From a virus, in the IMG/VR virus record IMGVR_UViG_3300017685_000003, positions 1-42,140 of that record: a DNA stretch of 42,140 nt. One strand, 5' to 3'. The notes under the pieces were generated by a model. The model was not told the DNA's origin. It saw only the letters and a program-made list of their open reading frames with translations, and ran no database searches. The number at the start of each line of letters is the position of its first letter. Positions within the stretch are counted from its first letter, which is position 1. The position numbers were made by a program, and so were the translations under genes. Positions 1-7,055 of the stretch are shown in pieces.

Positions 1-27
1 CCTCCCCATCCTGCTTTCCACAAGCAG
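1..27. repeat. 27-nt terminal overlap, identical to 42114-42140; the contig closes into a circle or is terminally redundant
   Basis: cctccccatcctgctttccacaagcag is read at both ends. The minus-strand frame starting at ATG 637 continues through the join into the ORF ending at 41668 with no stop. Confidence 0.9.
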
Positions 28-637
28 CGTTGGTGGACGTTTCGCGGGCAAAGGCGAGCATGTGAGGCAGACCGACCTTCTCGCTGGTCGCATTGAACTT
101 CGCGATTGTGGCTGATTCCAGATCAACGCCGCGACGACGAGCCAGCTTGTCGAGGCAGATCATCACGTCCGCACATTCGTCGGCGAAGTCGGCCGGATCG
201 GCGCGCGATCCACGCCAGCCGCGTTCTTCACGCTCCAGCTTCTTGACGACGTTCAGGAGTTCGCCGACCTCGCCGCCCAATTCGAGCGCATCGAACATGA
301 TGCCGGCATCGGCGCCTTCGACCCACGCCTCGTAGCGGGCCAGATTGACCCGGCGAAGCTGCGCCAAGAACGTCTCACCCTCACGCGCACGTGCTTCGTC
401 CGCTACCGGGTCGGAGGGGGCGGGCTTCGGGGTGTAGGCGATGATGTCGCCGCCTAGCTTGACTGCACCGCCTACCGACATGTAAGGGTGCTGCCAGCAT
501 AAAGCGTTGTGGTCTTTACCCGCCCGCCCGACCGATCCCGATCGCAATAATACGTTGCCCCCATCCCAGTCATCCGGCGCATGCTCGCCGCCATGCCAGG
601 GCTTCATGTTTGCGGGGATCGTCGGATCATTCTGCAT
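1..637 (-). CDS. mazG: MazG-like NTP pyrophosphohydrolase. This is the 5' part (212 codons) of a CDS that leaves the left edge and continues in frame at 42113->41668 (about 360 aa in total).
   Basis: ATG at 637 with GGGAGA 6 nt upstream. The translation contains ...FDALELGGEVGELLNVVKKLEREERGW...FADECADVMICLDKLARRRGVDLESATIAKFNATSEKVG, a MazG-type helical EExxE/D signature. It is absent from the ORF track because it has no stop before the window edge. Confidence 0.7.
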   Translation of the reverse strand, partial: MQNDPTIPANMKPWHGGEHAPDDWDGGNVLLRSGSVGRAGKDHNALCWQHPYMSVGGAVKLGGDIIAYTPKPAPSDPVADEARAREGETFLAQLRRVNLARYEAWVEGADAGIMFDALELGGEVGELLNVVKKLEREERGWRGSRADPADFADECADVMICLDKLARRRGVDLESATIAKFNATSEKVGLPHMLAFARETSTNAACGKQDGE

Positions 638-893
638 TGGGGGTCTCCCGGATGGCGGTGGCTTCGGCACGAAAAATCCCGTTCATCATCACGCCAGTGG
701 TATGATTGGTGCTGACGGCGAGAATCTCCGCTGCGCGCGTCTCCAAATGAGCCGCACACCGCTCGCGCTCGGCAAGGCGATGACGCGCGACGATAGCGAC
801 GATCAGGTCGTAATAAGCGGCGTGTGAGTTATCGAACTCCGCGGCGATAATCTCGTCAGCCGCCTCCCGATCCACCTGCTCGACCTTAATCAC
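627..893 (-). CDS. hypothetical protein (88 aa)
   Basis: ORF track. The GTG start overlaps the upstream stop (GTGA). Its stop lies 11 nt inside the next CDS. Codons are GC3-rich. Confidence 0.55.
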   Translation of the reverse strand: MIKVEQVDREAADEIIAAEFDNSHAAYYDLIVAIVARHRLAERERCAAHLETRAAEILAVSTNHTTGVMMNGIFRAEATAIRETPNAE

Positions 894-1057
894 AGCATCA
901 CCTCAATAACATTGCCGACGATCGCCAGCACAATGAAGAACACGACCCATGCGGACACATAGGACCAGAACGGGCGGGGCGGTGTGTCCACGACAAGCGG
1001 CAACATGGCAATGTCGCGGTCGCGCACAGACATGGCGGATGGACGTTGATAGATCAT
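890..1057 (-). CDS. small membrane protein (55 aa), below the ORF-track cutoff
   Basis: MIYQRPSAMSVRDRDIAMLPLVVDTPPRPFWSYVSAWVVFFIVLAIVGNVIEVML has one hydrophobic helix. There is an ATGA overlap with the upstream stop (1054-1057) and a GTGA overlap with the downstream start (890-893). Confidence 0.5.
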   Translation of the reverse strand: MIYQRPSAMSVRDRDIAMLPLVVDTPPRPFWSYVSAWVVFFIVLAIVGNVIEVML

Positions 1058-1266
1058 CGTACAGAATCCTTATAACCAAGCCGGATAAGATCGGCGTCGC
1101 GAATGGCATCGAAGCGAGCGTTTATGGCGTCGCGCTGCCGGTCACGCTCAGCATCCAGGCGAGCGGCATAAGCCGGATCGCCAAGATACCGCTCAATCGT
1201 GAAGAACGTCTCGGTGCTGTCGATCAGCATGCGCTCGACCACGGAGATGCGGGCGGGGGCGGTCAT
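1054..1266 (-). CDS. hypothetical protein (70 aa)
   Basis: ORF track. It has 4-nt overlaps on both sides and GC3-rich codons. Confidence 0.55.
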   Translation of the reverse strand: MTAPARISVVERMLIDSTETFFTIERYLGDPAYAARLDAERDRQRDAINARFDAIRDADLIRLGYKDSVR

Positions 1267-1616
1267 GCCGACACCCCCAGAGCGCGATCAATGACAGCTT
1301 CCACCGTCTGTTCGCAGTAGGCGGTCCAAGGGGCGTACACAGCGTCAACCGCGGCCTGCGGAGCGTCAGGCCCGATCTGATCGTAGGCGGCGCTGCACAG
1401 AGCCAGAAGCTCCGCGCCGAACGTCTCATTGATTCGGCGCAGCGCTTCCACGCGCATACCGACATAGCGGAAGCCCTGCTGCCACTCGTCGCGGAAGTGA
1501 ACGGAGAGAGGGGGGCGCTTGGCGATGCTTGCCAGCAGGCCGGTTGCCTCGGGACTATCGAACCACTGAACCAGACGGCCGGCGTCGTTGGCGGGGGTGG
1601 GGGCGAGCATGTTCAT
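1263..1616 (-). CDS. hypothetical protein (117 aa)
   Basis: ORF track. It has 4-nt overlaps on both sides. Confidence 0.6.
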   Translation of the reverse strand: MNMLAPTPANDAGRLVQWFDSPEATGLLASIAKRPPLSVHFRDEWQQGFRYVGMRVEALRRINETFGAELLALCSAAYDQIGPDAPQAAVDAVYAPWTAYCEQTVEAVIDRALGVSA

Positions 1617-1867
1617 GCTGCCACCCGAGCGCCATGCGCGGCAGCGAGGATATCGCGACCAGCGGCAGTGATGGCAACACCGTAATAGGGCTGGCGAGCC
1701 GCGCCGTTCTTGGGTGGGTTGACCGCCTTAACGATCGCGACCAGCCCGGCCGCTTCCAGGCGGCGTCCGTCAACTGCATCACCGTAGTTGTAGATGTCGC
1801 AGCCCTCGACTTTTGCGAGGTGCCCGAGAAGGGCGATCTGCGATGCGGAAAGCAAATGCGCTTCCAT
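1613..1867 (-). CDS. small winged-helix-like DNA-binding protein (84 aa); first gene of the leftward arm and a candidate switch regulator
   Basis: I moved the start to ATG 1867 (MEAHLLSASQIALLGHL...) because GGAGG lies 6 nt upstream. The segment ...RRLEAAGLVAIVKAV...YGVAITAAGRDIL looks like a wHTH recognition helix plus wing. The gene sits next to the divergent promoter region. Confidence 0.5.
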   Translation of the reverse strand: MEAHLLSASQIALLGHLAKVEGCDIYNYGDAVDGRRLEAAGLVAIVKAVNPPKNGAARQPYYGVAITAAGRDILAAAHGARVAA

Positions 1868-1939
1868 CGGTGGCCTCCAACATCGGCTCCGCGGATGCGG
1901 TGCCTTCTTGTGAGGTGGTATGAGGCCCATCTGCATACC

Positions 1940-1965
1940 TGTCAACACGCAAAAACACATTGACA
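1940..1965. promoter_or_regulatory. putative divergent early promoters/operator built on inverted TTGACA hexamers
   Basis: tgtcaa(1940-1945)-N14-ttgaca(1960-1965) lies in the 116-nt gap between the first leftward CDS (1867) and the first rightward CDS (1984/1996). Each hexamer is a consensus -35 for one direction. The -10 candidates are weak (catgct 1983-1988; catacc on minus 1922-1917). Confidence 0.3.
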
Positions 1966-1983
1966 CACGAATAATGCGCAGGC

Positions 1984-2205
1984 ATGCTCTTCCACATGGA
2001 AGAACGCAATCAGCTCATGGAGCATGTGCGGGAACGCACGCTAGCCGCCAGGATATCGCTCTACGCTTTGTGCGGGGAGGCAGGCGTATCCGGCAACGTC
2101 GCAACTCGGTGGATCAAGTACCGTCGTAACGAAGCCGGCGGTTGTGTGCCGTCGTTTCCTACGATCGTGAAGCTTGAGAAGCGCTTGGATGAGAGGGGTT
2201 CGTGA
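1984..2205 (+). CDS. Cro-like HTH regulator (73 aa; alternative start ATG 1996)
   Basis: ORF track. ISLYALCGEAGVSGNVATRWIK is a helix-turn-helix-like segment. This is the first gene of the rightward arm. Confidence 0.55.
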   Translation: MLFHMEERNQLMEHVRERTLAARISLYALCGEAGVSGNVATRWIKYRRNEAGGCVPSFPTIVKLEKRLDERGS

Positions 2206-2549
2206 TGAGCGGATTTGAAATTGGTGAGGTGGTGGTGTGCGTGGATAACGGGCCCGGAATTAATCCGGCTAGCGTTTACATAGATGGCTTACCCACTCCA
2301 CTTGTATTGGGCCGCTTCTATAAGATTACTGGATTTGTAGTTGCTCCTGATAAGTCACTAGGGGTGCTGATCGATAACATGCCGCCGGAGCGCACTATTG
2401 GTGGCCCTGTAGGTTGGCAAGCGACGCGCTTCCGAAAACTCCCCCGCGCTGATGCAGAGTTCACCGCACAGATGCGCGCCTGCAAACCACAGCACCAGCC
2501 CGTCAACCGCATGGCCGATGCCATGACGCAATTGGAGAGTGAGAAGTGA
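2202..2549 (+). CDS. hypothetical protein (115 aa)
   Basis: ORF track with an ATGA overlap. The 5' two thirds use A/T-ending and rare codons (tta, ata, cta, tca), unlike the neighbouring genes. Confidence 0.6.
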   Translation: MMSGFEIGEVVVCVDNGPGINPASVYIDGLPTPLVLGRFYKITGFVVAPDKSLGVLIDNMPPERTIGGPVGWQATRFRKLPRADAEFTAQMRACKPQHQPVNRMADAMTQLESEK

Positions 2550-2812
2550 CGCCCGAACAGATCAACGCCATTGGCGAATCCCTAAACAGCCTGAGAAGCG
2601 AAAACGAACGCGGTGTGCTGATTGCATTCGAGGCTCTTGGGCCTGCGCCGGACGTGCGCTCAGGCAGCATTCGCGTAACCGTCGAGGGCGGTGGCGAAAG
2701 CGCCACGGGTCACGCGCTCAATCTCAGTAACGCTATCAATATCGCCCGTGCCAAGTTGGCGGACGCGATCAAGGCAGCAGCCAAGAAGCGCGAGAAGGAG
2801 AGTGAGAAGTGA
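2546..2812 (+). CDS. hypothetical protein (88 aa)
   Basis: ORF track. It has 4-nt overlaps on both sides. Confidence 0.55.
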   Translation: MTPEQINAIGESLNSLRSENERGVLIAFEALGPAPDVRSGSIRVTVEGGGESATGHALNLSNAINIARAKLADAIKAAAKKREKESEK

Positions 2813-2940
2813 TCAAAGCTCTAGCAACCTACGTCCTCGTATGTTGGATATCGATAGGCGCACTCGCCGCGCTGCTCTACCTCGCGCCCGCCGGCTGGGA
2901 AGATGAAAACGGATACCACGATGGGGAGCCAACGGAATGA
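2809..2940 (+). CDS. small membrane protein (43 aa), below the ORF-track cutoff
   Basis: VIKALATYVLVCWISIGALAALLYLAPAGWEDENGYHDGEPTE. There is a GTGA overlap with the upstream stop and an ATGA overlap with the downstream start at 2937. Confidence 0.45.
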   Translation: MIKALATYVLVCWISIGALAALLYLAPAGWEDENGYHDGEPTE

Positions 2941-3671
2941 CCCCCCTCCCCAACCGCCTACCCGCAGACTTCCACGAACACCGCCACAAAACCGTTGCCG
3001 CGCAGATGGCGATCTATGACCTGGGCAAGCATACGATCCTGCGCTGGCGTCGCGAGTCCGGCCTCAACGTGCAGGAGCGCGGATGGAGCGCAGAAGAACT
3101 GGCGACGCTCAAAACATGGTCGCAAGCCGGCGTATCGATCGCGACTGCCGCGAAGAACATGGGGCGTGGCCGCAGATCGGTTGCGACGGCGTTCCACCGC
3201 TACAAGCTGGGTGAATGGAAAGTCGTAAAGCGCGTACCCGTGCTTCTGCCAATTCCCGACGACCTAACCGCGCAATACGCCACCAAAACGCTTAACCAGC
3301 TCGCCAAGCATTACGGCGTCAGCGTCAAGACCGTGCGTCGTTGGGTCGCGGCGAAGGGCCTGAAACGCGAGCGCAAGGCAGCAAACGTACGGCCCGTGGA
3401 TTTCAAGCGGCAGGCACCCGAGGCGCGGCAGCGGTTCAACAAGGACAGGTTCGTCACCGCGCCCGTCGATCGTGGCTATCGCGAGGACAGTGCCGCTGGT
3501 GATGCACAGCGCGTCTTACAGCGCGACGGGTGGCGGCCGGTCGTGCGCTGCGACGCGGCGGGCAGGCAGACTGCGAAAGGCCGCTACTGGATTTGCGGGC
3601 GGGCCATTGCGATCAGCGATGCCGAGTTGATCGAGCGGGCTGAACGGGCTGAGCGGAGGATGATGGGGTGA
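2937..3671 (+). CDS. multi-HTH DNA-binding protein with a GcrA-like segment (244 aa)
   Basis: Three HTH-like stretches are visible: AIYDLGKHTILRWRRESGL; WSAEELATLKTWSQAGVSIATAAKNMGRGRRSVATAFHRYKL, which resembles the GcrA N-terminal pattern W..E....L..LW..G.S...IA..LG...RNAV.GK.HRL.L; and LNQLAKHYGVSVKTVRRWVAAKGL. Confidence 0.55.
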   Translation: MTPLPNRLPADFHEHRHKTVAAQMAIYDLGKHTILRWRRESGLNVQERGWSAEELATLKTWSQAGVSIATAAKNMGRGRRSVATAFHRYKLGEWKVVKRVPVLLPIPDDLTAQYATKTLNQLAKHYGVSVKTVRRWVAAKGLKRERKAANVRPVDFKRQAPEARQRFNKDRFVTAPVDRGYREDSAAGDAQRVLQRDGWRPVVRCDAAGRQTAKGRYWICGRAIAISDAELIERAERAERRMMG

Positions 3672-4612
3672 TTAGATATACACAGTTCAGCGGCGGTCAG
3701 GGGTCGTACCGAACCGCCAAACTAGACCGGCTGGCGCATCCCGGCTGCGCACAGCGGCTGACCTTTGCCGACGTGCTCTATGAGGATGCGGACACGTATC
3801 GCTTTCTGATCGAAGCGGCATGCGATGTGCTGGAACGTACGGTACCCGAATGGCTTCCTCGTGCCGAGGATTTTCCTGATTATCAGGTGGGTGCCGATGT
3901 TCCTATTGAGGAATACCGTGGCGATCCCGACTGGCGCGCCTTCCTCGCCAACTTGCGCGCCAAAGCTGCGATTGACGTTCCAGAGCTTATTTGGCTGGTT
4001 GAAGGTCGCGACCCCTGGGAGGTCTATCGAGACGAGCGGTTCGTCGGCAATAGCAGTGCTGACCCTTGCTCGAAAATCCTCAAGCGGCAGATTCTCGACA
4101 AGTGGCGCAAGGCCAACTGCACACCGGAGGACACGTTCGCGGTCGGTATCGATGCTGGTGAGCATCACCGCCTCGACGGCTTAGCGGCTCGAATGGCGTT
4201 GCAGGGCTGGCACTTTCATTCGCCACTGCTGGACGATGATTTAGGCTACAGGTATCCGGTAATTGCGCATGGGCCTTTGGAAGACTTAGGGGTTGTGCCG
4301 CCCGCCCTTTATGCGCTCGACTATAAACACGGCAATTGCGGCGGGATGTGCTGCAAAGCTGGGCTTGCGCATTGGGCTAACCGGCGTCGTGTTCAACCTC
4401 GCCGCTTCCATTACGACCGAATGATGGAACGCAAGGTTCGCGAGTACATCGGAAACCCCGCTGCTACTTTTTTGCGCGATCGACGGGGCGGCATCACGAA
4501 GCCACTGAGTTTAGACGCCTTTGACGCACGTCTGCGCGCCTCGCCAGAACTTTCTTACAAATACGAGCCCGGCTCTAGCGGCTGCGGCTGCGCACTGGAT
4601 GATGCGATATGA
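3668..4612 (+). CDS. PP-loop ATPase of the PAPS-reductase-like (adenine nucleotide alpha-hydrolase) type (314 aa)
   Basis: N-terminal YTQFSGGQGSY is an SGGxxS PP-loop. Other motifs are DPCSKILKR, the Cys cluster HGNCGGMCCKAG and a C-terminal SSGCGCAL. ATGA overlaps link it to both neighbours. Confidence 0.7.
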   Translation: MIRYTQFSGGQGSYRTAKLDRLAHPGCAQRLTFADVLYEDADTYRFLIEAACDVLERTVPEWLPRAEDFPDYQVGADVPIEEYRGDPDWRAFLANLRAKAAIDVPELIWLVEGRDPWEVYRDERFVGNSSADPCSKILKRQILDKWRKANCTPEDTFAVGIDAGEHHRLDGLAARMALQGWHFHSPLLDDDLGYRYPVIAHGPLEDLGVVPPALYALDYKHGNCGGMCCKAGLAHWANRRRVQPRRFHYDRMMERKVREYIGNPAATFLRDRRGGITKPLSLDAFDARLRASPELSYKYEPGSSGCGCALDDAI

Positions 4613-4959
4613 AACGCGTAGAGGTTTCTAGCTATCCTGTAAATATCTTCATTGCTGGCAACTTTTGGCACGCAAAAAAGATTTGCCTCCAATACTGCGA
4701 ATCGGTTGGCCTTTGTGTCTCGGTAACCGAGACAAGCTATTGCTACACCGGTGGTGAAGAGGCCGGAGTGATCGTGGGCCTAATTCACTATCCCAGATTT
4801 CCTTCGACGCCAGCAGCGATATGGGTGCACGCCGAATCGTTAGGCGCGAAGCTATGCGAAATACTCAAGCAGCAGTCCTATACCATCCAAGCTTCCGATA
4901 AGACAGTCTGGTTCAGCCATCGCCTCGAAGACGATTCCGCATCCCCCAAAACCGCCTGA
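4609..4959 (+). CDS. Cys-rich hypothetical protein (116 aa) with atypical codon usage; translationally coupled to the PP-loop gene
   Basis: ORF track. Roughly 45 percent of codons end in A/T, and TTA, CTA, ATA and AGA are all used. Five Cys occur in KKICLQYCESVGLCVSVTETSYCY...KLCEIL. Confidence 0.6.
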   Translation: MKRVEVSSYPVNIFIAGNFWHAKKICLQYCESVGLCVSVTETSYCYTGGEEAGVIVGLIHYPRFPSTPAAIWVHAESLGAKLCEILKQQSYTIQASDKTVWFSHRLEDDSASPKTA

Positions 4960-4974
4960 CCTCAGCCTCGACAT

Positions 4975-5006
4975 ACGGCCGGATTCCTCGCGATTCCGGC
5001 CGTTTT
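4975..5006 (+). terminator. rho-independent terminator after the first early gene block
   Basis: acggccgga(4975-4983) pairs perfectly with tccggccgt(4995-5003), giving a 9-bp stem with an 11-nt loop, followed by tttt. Confidence 0.6.
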
Positions 5007-5011
5007 CGTGG

Positions 5012-5040
5012 TTGACATAACTCCACGCAAAGAACATATC
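5012..5040 (+). promoter_or_regulatory. putative sigma70-type promoter for the recombination/replication block
   Basis: ttgaca(5012-5017)-N17-catatc(5035-5040), about 25 nt upstream of ATG 5066, which has a GGAG RBS. Confidence 0.35.
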
Positions 5041-5065
5041 CGGTTCTCCAATATGGAGATTGGAT

Positions 5066-5782
5066 ATGCAGAAATACACAACGTTCAGTCCGCCCGGCAA
5101 GCCGCACATCGTCTGTCACGCGGAGTATGACCAAGGCAGCGAAGAATGGTTGCAGGCGCGGTGTGGCCTGCTGACGGCCAGCGAAATGAAGCTGATCCTT
5201 ACGCCGACGCTTAAGGTCGCGAACAATGACAAGACCCGCGCGCATGTCTATGAGCTGGCAGCACAACGCATCACGCAATATGTCGAGCCGCACTATGTAG
5301 GTGACGACATGCTGCGTGGTCACGAAGACGAGGTGCGCGCTCGTCTGGCCTATGCCGGCAAGTTTGGCGAGGTCACCGAATGCGGCTTCATCACCAACAA
5401 TCGTCATGGCTGCACGATTGGCTACTCCCCGGATGGTCTTGTTGGCGACGACGGTCTGATCGAGTGCAAATCTCGTCGGCAGAAATATCAGGTCCAGACG
5501 ATCGTCAGCGGTGTTCCTGAAGAGCACATGCTACAGCTTCAGACGGGGTTGTTGGTCACCGAGCGCGAATGGATGGATTACGTTTCGTATTCCGGCGGCA
5601 TGCCTATGGTCGTTCTGCGCGTCTACGCCGATGCCGAGACGCAAGATGCCATCATCAACGCAGCCATGCGCTTCGAAGAGCGCGTAACCGAGGTCATGGC
5701 CGAATACACCGACAACCTTGCGCCTGGGGGGCTCCGCTGGGTTCCTACGGAGCGCGTCATTGAACAGGAGATGTATGTATGA
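5066..5782 (+). CDS. YqaJ-type (lambda Exo-like, PD-(D/E)xK) recombination exonuclease
   Basis: QGSEEWLQARCGLLTASEM is the YqaJ N-terminal motif. GYSPDGLVGDDGLIECKSRRQ gives the D...ExK active site. I moved the start to ATG 5066, behind GGAG. Confidence 0.8.
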   Translation: MQKYTTFSPPGKPHIVCHAEYDQGSEEWLQARCGLLTASEMKLILTPTLKVANNDKTRAHVYELAAQRITQYVEPHYVGDDMLRGHEDEVRARLAYAGKFGEVTECGFITNNRHGCTIGYSPDGLVGDDGLIECKSRRQKYQVQTIVSGVPEEHMLQLQTGLLVTEREWMDYVSYSGGMPMVVLRVYADAETQDAIINAAMRFEERVTEVMAEYTDNLAPGGLRWVPTERVIEQEMYV

Positions 5783-6474
5783 CCGTAATTCGCGTCATTG
5801 ATTTTGAAACCACCGGCATTGAGCCGACAGAGGGTGCAAAGGTGTGCGAGGTCGGTGTCTGCGACGCTATCATAAACACTCGCAAGGTCGGCATGCCACA
5901 CTCTTGGCTATGCGGTGTTGACGTGATGCCACCTCAGGTTCGCGCCGTGCATCATATCCCACTTGCGGAGTGCGCGGACGCCGCCCCGTTTGACCCGGCC
6001 GACATGATTTACGACAATCTCGCCGCGCTGGCTGCGCACAACGCCGAGTTCGAAACAAAATTCTTTACGACCACTTTGCCTGTAATTTGTACCTACAAGG
6101 CAGCCCTGCGCGTCTGGCCGGATGCGCCTAGCCATTCAAACGGCGCACTACGCTATTGGCTTGAGGATGCCGGCAAAATAGCACTCCACCATGAGCTTAC
6201 GCAGCCCGCGCATCGTGCTGGTCCCGACGCCTACGTTACCGCGCATATTCTCCTTGCACTATTTGACGCAGGCGCAACCGTCCGTGACATGATCACGTGG
6301 ACGAAAGAGCCTCGTCTTCTGCCGACTTGTCCTATCGGCAAGTTCCGCGGACAGCCGTGGAGCGAAGTAGAAGTCGGGTTCCTCGGGTGGATGCTGCGTC
6401 AACCGACAATGGAAGTTGATTTAAAATGGAACGCTGAACGCGAGATTGCGCGTCGCCAAGGAGGAAAAGCATGA
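5779..6474 (+). CDS. DEDDh 3'-5' exonuclease (ExoX/DnaQ-like) with a DUF3820-like C-terminal tail
   Basis: VIDFETTG (Exo I), AAHNAEFE (Exo II) and HRAGPDAYVTAH (Exo III, H-x4-D) are all present. The C-terminal CPIGKFRGQPWSEVEVGFLGWMLRQ resembles the tail of exodeoxyribonuclease X family proteins. Confidence 0.75.
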   Translation: MTVIRVIDFETTGIEPTEGAKVCEVGVCDAIINTRKVGMPHSWLCGVDVMPPQVRAVHHIPLAECADAAPFDPADMIYDNLAALAAHNAEFETKFFTTTLPVICTYKAALRVWPDAPSHSNGALRYWLEDAGKIALHHELTQPAHRAGPDAYVTAHILLALFDAGATVRDMITWTKEPRLLPTCPIGKFRGQPWSEVEVGFLGWMLRQPTMEVDLKWNAEREIARRQGGKA

Positions 6475-7055
6475 ACGATATGTCTGCCGTAATTGTCGCC
6501 AAGAGCGACCAGTGGAACGCCGATGATTTTACCGCCGGCCCCCGTATCTTCACGATCGAAGACGTTTCGATCCGCCCCGGCACCGAACAGCCCGTGCAGA
6601 TTAAACTCGCCGGCAGCGACAAGGTTTTCCGCCCCTGCAAGACCGTCAGTCGCATCCTCGTCGCAGCATGGGGTGCAGACGCTAACGTGTACCGCGGCCG
6701 ATCTCTTGAGCTTTACACGGACCCTGGCGTGACATGGGGCGGCATGAAGGTGGGAGGCATCCGTATCTCGCGTATGTCTGATATCACCGCTCCCCTCGTC
6801 ATCGCGCTTCAGGAGAAGAAGGGCAGCCGTAAGATGACGACGGTTCAGCCGCTGAAGGTCGAGGCGGCACAAGGTCTGACGCTCGATGATGCGCGCCTGA
6901 TGCTTGAGAGCGCCGAGGACATGGCGGCGCTTGAAAAGGCTTGGAAGCGTCGGGACATGGCACCTTTCCGTGAAGAGCTTGCGGAGACGTTGGCGTTTCG
7001 GAAGACGCAGCTTACGCCGGTTGTGGATGATGCGGGTGAGGGGTTTGTGGCATGA
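6471..7055 (+). CDS. hypothetical protein (194 aa) at the position where a single-strand annealing protein is expected
   Basis: ORF track with ATGA overlaps on both sides. I recognised no Walker or nuclease motif. The C terminus is acidic/aromatic (VVDDAGEGFVA). Confidence 0.6.
   Translation: MNDMSAVIVAKSDQWNADDFTAGPRIFTIEDVSIRPGTEQPVQIKLAGSDKVFRPCKTVSRILVAAWGADANVYRGRSLELYTDPGVTWGGMKVGGIRISRMSDITAPLVIALQEKKGSRKMTTVQPLKVEAAQGLTLDDARLMLESAEDMAALEKAWKRRDMAPFREELAETLAFRKTQLTPVVDDAGEGFVA

Noticed and set aside
93-893. Plus-strand track ORFs 93-335 and 507-827.
   Set aside because: They lie antisense to the MazG CDS and the 88-aa gene, are Ser/Pro/Arg-rich and have no RBS.
903-1109. A 68-aa minus-strand track ORF.
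   Set aside because: It overlaps, out of frame, the 55-aa ORF (890-1057), which is start/stop-coupled to both neighbours. Its own sequence is Arg/Cys/His-rich with no coupling.
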